Of a DNA stretch of 64,000 nucleotides, positions 58,048 to 64,000 are shown one piece after another (positions within the stretch are counted from its first letter, which is position 1; every line of letters begins with the position of its first letter). A program made the position numbers and the translations under genes. Origin of the DNA: Deltaproteobacteria bacterium (GTDB lineage: Bacteria > UBA10199 > JACPAL01); the NCBI GenBank assembly GCA_016180845.1, contig JACPAK010000001.1:425497-489496 (forward strand). The letters run 5' to 3'. The notes beneath the pieces are model-generated. The model saw nothing but the letters and a program-made list of their open reading frames with translations. It ran no database searches and had not been told where the DNA came from.

Positions 58048-59859
58048 TCACTTCCTGTGAGTGGCTGAGAGGATGTTTTTACGAAGGCGGATATTTTTGG
58101 GAGTGGCCTCGACCTGCTCGTCGTCTCGAACAAATTCAATCGCCCGTTCCAGCGTCATCGGGAGAATCGGGCTGAGGACGATGTTTTCATCCTTGCCGGC
58201 GGCCCGCATGTTCGAGAGTTTTTTCTCCTTGCAGGGATTGACGTTGAGATCCTGTTCGCGATTGTTTTCGCCGATGATCATCCCTTCATAAACCGGCACC
58301 CCCGCCTCAATGAACAATATCCCTCGAGGCTCCAGATGAAACAGTCCATAGGCGACTGAATCTCCCATCCGGTCGGAAACGAGCGAGCCGGTGACACGAC
58401 TTTTGATCTCTCCGCGGCATGGCTCGTATCCCTGGACGTAAGAGTTCATGAGACCGGTTCCCTTCGTGTCAGTTAAAAATTCGTTGCGGTATCCAATCAA
58501 TCCACGGGAAGGGATCGAGAATTCCAGTCGAACCCGGCCGGTGCCGTGATTGACCATGTTGATCATACGTCCCTGACGCATCGCCAACTTTTGAGTGATG
58601 ATCCCGGTAAAATCTTCCTGAATATCCACAAAAAGATGTTCGATCGGTTCGAGTGCCACACCATTCTTTTCCTTCAGAATCACTTGAGGTCGTCCCACAC
58701 TGAGCTCATACCCCTCGCGACGCATTGTTTCGATCAGGATCGCCATCTGAAATTCACCACGTCCCTTCACGACGAAGGAGTCTGCCGATTCCCCCTCTTC
58801 GACACGGAGGGCGACGTTATGCAGCGTCTCTCTTTGCAATCGCTCGAAAATCTTGCGTGACTGAACCCACTGCCCCTCACGCCCGGAAAAGGGAGAGGTA
58901 TTGATCATGAATTTCATCGAGACGGTCGGCTCGTCGACCATGATTCGTTTCAATGGTTTTGGAAATTCACCGGTGCAGATCGTATCGCCGATCTCGACAT
59001 CTTCAATCCCCGAGAGCATCGCAATATCCCCTGCCTCGACATGATCCACCTCATGAATCTGGATTCCATCATAAACCTGAAGACTCGAAATCTTGAGGGG
59101 TCTGGGTTGCCCCTCTTTCGGAATACAAACCAGGGTGTCATTTTTTTTGACCTGCCCGTTGAAAATCCTGCCGATCGCGAGTCGTCCGACATAATCCGAG
59201 TAAGAGAGATTCGTGACCAGCATCTGAAAAGGTTCTTGGGGATCATAACTTGGCGGCGGGATCTCTTGAAGAATCGTATCAAAAAGTGGGGCGAGGCTCA
59301 CTCCCCTCTTCTCCAGCGTCGGTTGGGCGATCCCATCACGGCCGATGGCATACAGGATCGGGAATTCAATCTGCGTATCATCCGCGTCGAGATCGATGAA
59401 GAGGCTGTAAATTTCATTCAAGACCTCTTGGGGACGCGCATCCTTCCGGTCGATCTTGTTAATGACGACGATAATCTTGAGGTGGGACTCAAGCGCCTTC
59501 TTCAGGACAAAACGGGTCTGAGGTAGCGGTCCCTCGCAGGCATCGACCAGCAGAATTGCCCCATCGACCATCTTGAGACCCCGTTCCACTTCACCGCCGA
59601 AATCGGCATGGCCTGGGGTGTCGATGATATTGATCTTGGTCCCCTTCCAGTGGACCGCGCAATTTTTCGAGGCGATGGTGATCCCGCGTTCCCGTTCGAG
59701 ATCCATGCTGTCCATGACCCTCTCGTCCACCGCCTGATTCTCACGAAAGGTACCGCTCTGCCGGAGCATAAAATCAACGAGCGTCGTCTTGCCATGATCG
59801 ACATGCGCGATAATCGCAACGTTTCGGATCTTGGGGTTGGTTGCTAAATGTCTTGTCAT
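58048..59859 (-). CDS. typA: translational GTPase TypA/BipA
   Basis: AHVDHGKTTL, DTPGHADF and NKID G-motifs, and BipA similarity throughout its 603 aa. Confidence 0.95.
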   Translation of the reverse strand: MTRHLATNPKIRNVAIIAHVDHGKTTLVDFMLRQSGTFRENQAVDERVMDSMDLERERGITIASKNCAVHWKGTKINIIDTPGHADFGGEVERGLKMVDGAILLVDACEGPLPQTRFVLKKALESHLKIIVVINKIDRKDARPQEVLNEIYSLFIDLDADDTQIEFPILYAIGRDGIAQPTLEKRGVSLAPLFDTILQEIPPPSYDPQEPFQMLVTNLSYSDYVGRLAIGRIFNGQVKKNDTLVCIPKEGQPRPLKISSLQVYDGIQIHEVDHVEAGDIAMLSGIEDVEIGDTICTGEFPKPLKRIMVDEPTVSMKFMINTSPFSGREGQWVQSRKIFERLQRETLHNVALRVEEGESADSFVVKGRGEFQMAILIETMRREGYELSVGRPQVILKEKNGVALEPIEHLFVDIQEDFTGIITQKLAMRQGRMINMVNHGTGRVRLEFSIPSRGLIGYRNEFLTDTKGTGLMNSYVQGYEPCRGEIKSRVTGSLVSDRMGDSVAYGLFHLEPRGILFIEAGVPVYEGMIIGENNREQDLNVNPCKEKKLSNMRAAGKDENIVLSPILPMTLERAIEFVRDDEQVEATPKNIRLRKNILSATHRK

Positions 59860-59930
59860 AGGCGGGTGGCTCTATCAGAAATGAAATCGATCCACAAGTG
59901 TGTGAAGTGCACGATTATTTTATATCATCC

Positions 59931-60299
59931 TTATACTGTAGAAAATCGTTCGGTCAGGTAGCGGATGATATCGGCTGATTCATACAGCCACTGAGCGGTA
60001 CCATTTTCTTTTTCGATACGAAGGCAGGGGACCATATGCTGTCCCCCCTGTTCGACCAGCTCTTTCTTGTACTGAGGATTTTTTTGGGCATCGCACGTGA
60101 CAATATTCAACCCAAGCTTTTTTATTGTGAAACGGACCTTCACACAAAAGGGACAGGCTTTAAATTGATAGAGTGCCAGTCGTGTGGTTTGCTGATCGAC
60201 CCTTGCCTGTGCCTCTGGGGAACGTCGAACCCCCTTGGGGGCAAAGAGTACCTCGATGAGCAAGATGATTCTTCCTAAGATCCAACGAATGAATTTCAT
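59931..60299 (-). CDS. glutaredoxin-like protein with N-terminal membrane anchor
   Basis: CPFC active site within a thioredoxin-fold context. ATG 60299; the track ORF extends to 60383. Confidence 0.65.
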   Translation of the reverse strand: MKFIRWILGRIILLIEVLFAPKGVRRSPEAQARVDQQTTRLALYQFKACPFCVKVRFTIKKLGLNIVTCDAQKNPQYKKELVEQGGQHMVPCLRIEKENGTAQWLYESADIIRYLTERFSTV

Positions 60300-60354
60300 G
60301 GTCCTCTCTGTACCCCCTAGACCAAGAGAAGGCAAGTAGGGTAGTGATGATTCC

Positions 60355-60927
60355 ATGAAAATGAAACCGATCCTGATTCTCATTTTATTGGCCCTCTTAG
60401 GGGCCGGAAAGGCAGCGATGACCGACTCAAAATTTACCGAACCGAAGCAGCCGTTGAAAGATATTCAAAAACAGACCAAGGCGATCCTTCATACGGAGAA
60501 GGGAGATATTACCCTTGAGCTCTACCCGAAGGAGGCCCCTCTCACCGTCACGAATTTTGTGAATCTCTCCAAAGGTGGTTTTTATAACAATCTCACCTTC
60601 CATCGGGTCGTTGAGAATTTTGTGATTCAAGGGGGAGATCCGCAGGGAACCGGCGCGGGAGGGCCCGGTTACGACCTTCCGGCCGAGCTAAAGAATAACC
60701 CCCACAAACATGTGGAAGGGGCACTGGCGACCGCTAGGTTAGGGGATCAGGTGAATCCGGAAAAACGTTCCAGTGGGAGTCAGTTTTACATCACGCTCGC
60801 TCCAACCCCGTTCTTGGATAACAACTACACCGTCTTCGGAAAAGTCACCTCCGGCATGGAGGTCGTAAAAAAGATTCGTGTGGGAGACAAAATTAAGAGC
60901 GTTGAGATTCTGGGAGAAGGTCGGTAA
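60355..60927 (+). CDS. peptidyl-prolyl cis-trans isomerase (cyclophilin type), secreted
   Basis: Signal peptide and FHRVVENFVIQGGDP...GSQFYIT motifs. Confidence 0.9.
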   Translation: MKMKPILILILLALLGAGKAAMTDSKFTEPKQPLKDIQKQTKAILHTEKGDITLELYPKEAPLTVTNFVNLSKGGFYNNLTFHRVVENFVIQGGDPQGTGAGGPGYDLPAELKNNPHKHVEGALATARLGDQVNPEKRSSGSQFYITLAPTPFLDNNYTVFGKVTSGMEVVKKIRVGDKIKSVEILGEGR

Positions 60928-60999
60928 AAACAAAAGAACATTCGACCACTTCAGGAACTCCTGAAGAGTCTTAAGAAGTTAGGATAAATTCCGAGTTCC

Positions 61000-62226
61000 T
61001 TACCTACGATACGATCTTTTCCATTGGGAATGATGATGGCGCTGCGCTGGATGATCGGGCATATCCGGCTTTGGTTTTTTATAATCAAAATCAGGAAGCG
61101 TCACTCGCGGTAAGGCCTGTTTCAATAATCGTTCAATGTCCCGAATCAACGGCTCCTCTTGACGGTCAACCAATGTAAAGGCGTCTCCCGTGGCATCTGC
61201 GCGCGCGGTACGGCCGATCCGATGGATGTACATCTCTGGGGCCTCCGGAACATCCAGATTGATGACATGCGTGATCTCTTCCACATCGATGCCTCGTGCC
61301 GCGACGTCAGTGGCGACCAAGATCTGGCTTCGTCCATTTCGAAAATCGTTGAGGGCCCGAAGGCGCTGATTTTGATTGCGGTCACCATGAATCACCGATA
61401 CCACAAAACCTCTCTTTTGCAGTTTAATGCCCAGCCGATCGGCATTCCGCTTGGTGCGTGTGAAAATCAGTACCGATGTCATCCCTTGCCCCCGCAGGAT
61501 CTCGATCAAAAGCTCTATTTTAAGGTGGCGAGGCACCGGATAGACGGCATGTCGGATCCCAGTGGCGACAGAAGATCGTTGTCCCACTTGAACCGTCACC
61601 GGATTGGTGAGAATCTTGTGCACCAGGGCTGACATCTGAGACGAAAGCGTTGCCGAAAAAACCAGATTTTGCCTTCGGGCGGGCAGGAGTCGGATGATTT
61701 GTTGAATGGCGGGGAGAAAACCCATGTCTAACATCTGATCCACTTCATCCAACACAAACGTTTCAATTTCGGAGAGTTTCAGTCGACCGGCCTCCACATG
61801 GTCGAGCAGGCGACCGGGTGTGGCAGAAAGTATATCAATTCCGTTCTGGATCGCCGAGATTTGTGGCTGAAACGAAACACCGCCGAAGATCGCGGTCCCC
61901 TTGAGATGAACAAAACGGGACAGTGCCTTGAGATGATCCATTGATTGGAGTGCTAATTCCCGTGTCGGTGCCACAATGAGTGCTCGTGGCATCTTGCGCG
62001 GGGGGGATTGCAACAAGCGATGAAGGATCGGCAGGACGAATGCGGCGGTCTTTCCGGTCCCGGTTTGGGCAAGCCCAATAACATCGCGCCCCTCCAGAAT
62101 CGCCGGGATCGCCTGGGCCTGAATCGGCGTCGGCCTTAAGAATCCGAGGTGATGGATTCCCTTTAAAAGATTCGGGTGAAGTTTAAGTGTCTCAAAACCG
62201 GCACCGTCACTCTCAGTGGTTTTCAC
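61000..62226 (-). CDS. DEAD-box ATP-dependent RNA helicase
   Basis: Q-motif, AQTGTGKTAAF, DEVD (a DEAD variant), SAT and HRIGRTAR. Confidence 0.9.
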   Translation of the reverse strand: MKTTESDGAGFETLKLHPNLLKGIHHLGFLRPTPIQAQAIPAILEGRDVIGLAQTGTGKTAAFVLPILHRLLQSPPRKMPRALIVAPTRELALQSMDHLKALSRFVHLKGTAIFGGVSFQPQISAIQNGIDILSATPGRLLDHVEAGRLKLSEIETFVLDEVDQMLDMGFLPAIQQIIRLLPARRQNLVFSATLSSQMSALVHKILTNPVTVQVGQRSSVATGIRHAVYPVPRHLKIELLIEILRGQGMTSVLIFTRTKRNADRLGIKLQKRGFVVSVIHGDRNQNQRLRALNDFRNGRSQILVATDVAARGIDVEEITHVINLDVPEAPEMYIHRIGRTARADATGDAFTLVDRQEEPLIRDIERLLKQALPRVTLPDFDYKKPKPDMPDHPAQRHHHSQWKRSYRR

Positions 62227-62245
62227 AAGTCTCCTGGTTGCAAAG

Positions 62246-62776
62246 TCAGGACTGGGTACCTGAATACAGGCTGAAGGTCAATGCCACCTTTAGTTCCCGC
62301 TGCCATCGCCTCTTTTTTTGATCCCTCGTGAGCGAGGCGTGGGCTGGGCTGGTGGAAGGCAGGCGGACAAGCTTTAATTTTTGAGAAAAATCACCCAAAT
62401 TCTTCAAAACCAGTTTTGTAAAAAGATCTTCCGCCTTGTGACCATTAAAAAAGATTGAATGAATCTGCGGGTGGCTGGCAAAGAATGTTTGAAAGTCATT
62501 CGGGGTCACGGATCGAATATCAGAGTCCAAACTCCCATCACGTCGGCATTGAAAGGCGACGTCCCAGAGGGCGACACGGTTTTCCTTCAGGATCCGAAGC
62601 CTCTCTTCATATTCTAAATGACGACTGGCTCTGAAAAGGGCCCCCATAATATCCCAAAACGCATTGTAGGGGTGGGCGTAGTATTGTTGCTCTTGCAAGG
62701 ATCTCTCACCCGGCATTGAGCCCAGGATGAGGACCTCCGCATCGGGTGATGCGACAGAAGGGAAGCTTTGGATCAT
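62246..62776 (-). CDS. DNA-deoxyinosine glycosylase (UDG superfamily)
   Basis: ILGSMPGERSL...YYAHPYNAFW and ...LPSTSPA motifs. ATG 62776; the track ORF extends to GTG 62860. Confidence 0.65.
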   Translation of the reverse strand: MIQSFPSVASPDAEVLILGSMPGERSLQEQQYYAHPYNAFWDIMGALFRASRHLEYEERLRILKENRVALWDVAFQCRRDGSLDSDIRSVTPNDFQTFFASHPQIHSIFFNGHKAEDLFTKLVLKNLGDFSQKLKLVRLPSTSPAHASLTRDQKKRRWQRELKVALTFSLYSGTQS

Positions 62777-62830
62777 CTCTTCACCTATAAGGCACAACTT
62801 TTCTTTTTTTTCACCGAAAAATAAAACAGT

Positions 62831-64000
62831 ATGGCTGGTCCCGCAATAATCTCTGCTCACCCTGCTATTCCCTCAGTCATTTTATCGCCAATAATAGGTG
62901 ATACTACGCATTTGCCAGAAACCAGCTCCCTTGTGGCGGCTGCTGGTGGTCTGTTAACAGCGACTTTCGCCAGGACCAGATCGTGGCAATTAGCCGGGGG
63001 GCTCTTTGGGATTGCCGGGGCTTTCTTTGCCGGTTTTTTTGCAGGAAGATCAGGTCGAGTAGAGGCTTCGTTTCCTTTTCTAACGCCAGCGTGTCTTTCT
63101 GCTATATTGTTGACCTCAAAAAAACCTGTTAAATATCCGTTTGGTCGTTTTATTATCATGTTGGGTTTTATGGTTGTCTTTTATGACCTTGGTGCATGGG
63201 TCGGCTCCTTTCAAAAGGAATCAGCCGTAAAAATGAGAGAGGATCTTCCAAAGACAGGTTCATCCCCTGACCCAAAAGCGGCTCGCCCATTGAGGCGCTC
63301 TTTTATTCCGACACAGCGAGCAGGGCAACTGGCTCCTGCAGAAGATAATCGGATCACGATCTGTCACATCAACCACGAAAGCGGAAAAGTTCTTCTCTCG
63401 GATGGCCGAGAGATTTCAGTCGAAGGTTATGATGAACGGGACATGACGGAAGAGGAGTGGGCTCAGGTGAGACCGGGGCATGCCTTTCAAGAAGGGAATA
63501 CCCGGGTGCAGGTGGGTGAGTATTACGGCTTTCTAGGTCCCGACTTTGATGCAGAGAATGAGATTGTTGCCTGTGGGAAGGTAAGGGCAAGCAGAACCAT
63601 TGATATCGATATAGCCGGTGCCATTAGGGGGGGGTCCACTCTGAAGTACAATTATCATAAGGCGAATGAGTTTTTTGACAACCGGAGGATTCCGATTCAT
63701 CAGGGTCAGTTTGTACGAGATACGTTTTGGTATGTCAGTGTTGATAACGAAACCGATCTGAGAGGGCCTGGTGTCCGTGCGCTCATGAGCGGTCTTTCTC
63801 TTATGTATGGTACTGAAGGAGAGTTGCTCGTTATTTCCCTGGATCTAGATCGCGACCGACTCTTGGCTCACCTTCAGCCAGGAAGACCGATTCCTCCCCC
63901 TGCCTTTTCTGGCAATAAAGTGGGGATTTCCTGCCGTCCCACCGGAATCTGCAAAGTGCCTATCGACCAGCTACCCGGGGGAGTTTTGACCCCCGAACTG
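62831..64000 (+). CDS. hypothetical membrane protein, 3' end outside window (not in the supplied ORF track)
   Basis: My manual translation finds this frame open from the stop at 62822 to nt 64000, with in-frame ATGs at 62831, 63158 and 63233. Hydrophobic segments (GGLFGIAGAFFAGFFAG, FIIMLGFMVVFYDLGAWVG) precede a soluble domain. Confidence 0.45.
   Translation, partial: MAGPAIISAHPAIPSVILSPIIGDTTHLPETSSLVAAAGGLLTATFARTRSWQLAGGLFGIAGAFFAGFFAGRSGRVEASFPFLTPACLSAILLTSKKPVKYPFGRFIIMLGFMVVFYDLGAWVGSFQKESAVKMREDLPKTGSSPDPKAARPLRRSFIPTQRAGQLAPAEDNRITICHINHESGKVLLSDGREISVEGYDERDMTEEEWAQVRPGHAFQEGNTRVQVGEYYGFLGPDFDAENEIVACGKVRASRTIDIDIAGAIRGGSTLKYNYHKANEFFDNRRIPIHQGQFVRDTFWYVSVDNETDLRGPGVRALMSGLSLMYGTEGELLVISLDLDRDRLLAHLQPGRPIPPPAFSGNKVGISCRPTGICKVPIDQLPGGVLTPEL

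Noticed and set aside
60949-60966. CTTCAGGA-AC-TCCTGAAG hairpin between the convergent PPIase and helicase genes
   Set aside because: The stem is short, the loop is effectively tiny and there is no flanking T/A-run. It is too weak to call a bidirectional terminator.
62857-63159. 100-aa minus-strand ORF overlapping the track start of the glycosylase gene
   Set aside because: It is P/A/K-rich and low-complexity, and lies opposite a much longer open frame with TM helices on the plus strand. The glycosylase more likely starts at ATG 62776.

Overview
Densely coded bacterial chromosomal DNA with moderate GC. GTG and TTG starts are frequent and several convergent genes overlap. Most of the window is housekeeping and looks origin-proximal. 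It holds a partial acyl-CoA dehydrogenase; an F1 plus delta/b/b' ATP-synthase operon with no a or c subunits; parA-parB-bactofilin with a perfect parS inside rsmG; rsmG-mnmG and mnmE; groESL; DAHP synthase; gap-pgk-tpiA-secG; tRNA-Leu and tRNA-Gln; PolX; TypA; a DEAD-box helicase; and a cyclophilin. Accessory or uncharacterised blocks are interspersed: (1) a four-gene block between mnmG and mnmE that includes two tandem tail-anchored paralogs; (2) a radical-SAM operon; (3) a lipoprotein plus two Cys-rich thrombospondin-type-3 (TSP3) repeat paralogs; (4) an eight-gene same-strand cluster with a cNMP-binding protein, an M43 protease, membrane proteins and a response regulator; (5) a degraded tRNA-Gln-linked islet with HigBA and an IS630 fragment; (6) a giant BcrAD/HgdC-type double-ATPase fusion with a DUF2229 partner. 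The least conventional signals are at the nucleotide level. Several families of short GC-rich palindromic repeats recur in intergenic DNA and in frame inside coding sequences, three of them in one methyltransferase gene and one in polX. A 139-bp duplication-insertion separates pgk from tpiA. The tRNA-Leu gene appears to carry an A34 (AAG) anticodon. I found no rRNA, no CRISPR array and no intact transposase or integrase. All calls come from reading the sequence and ORF translations; no database search was run.
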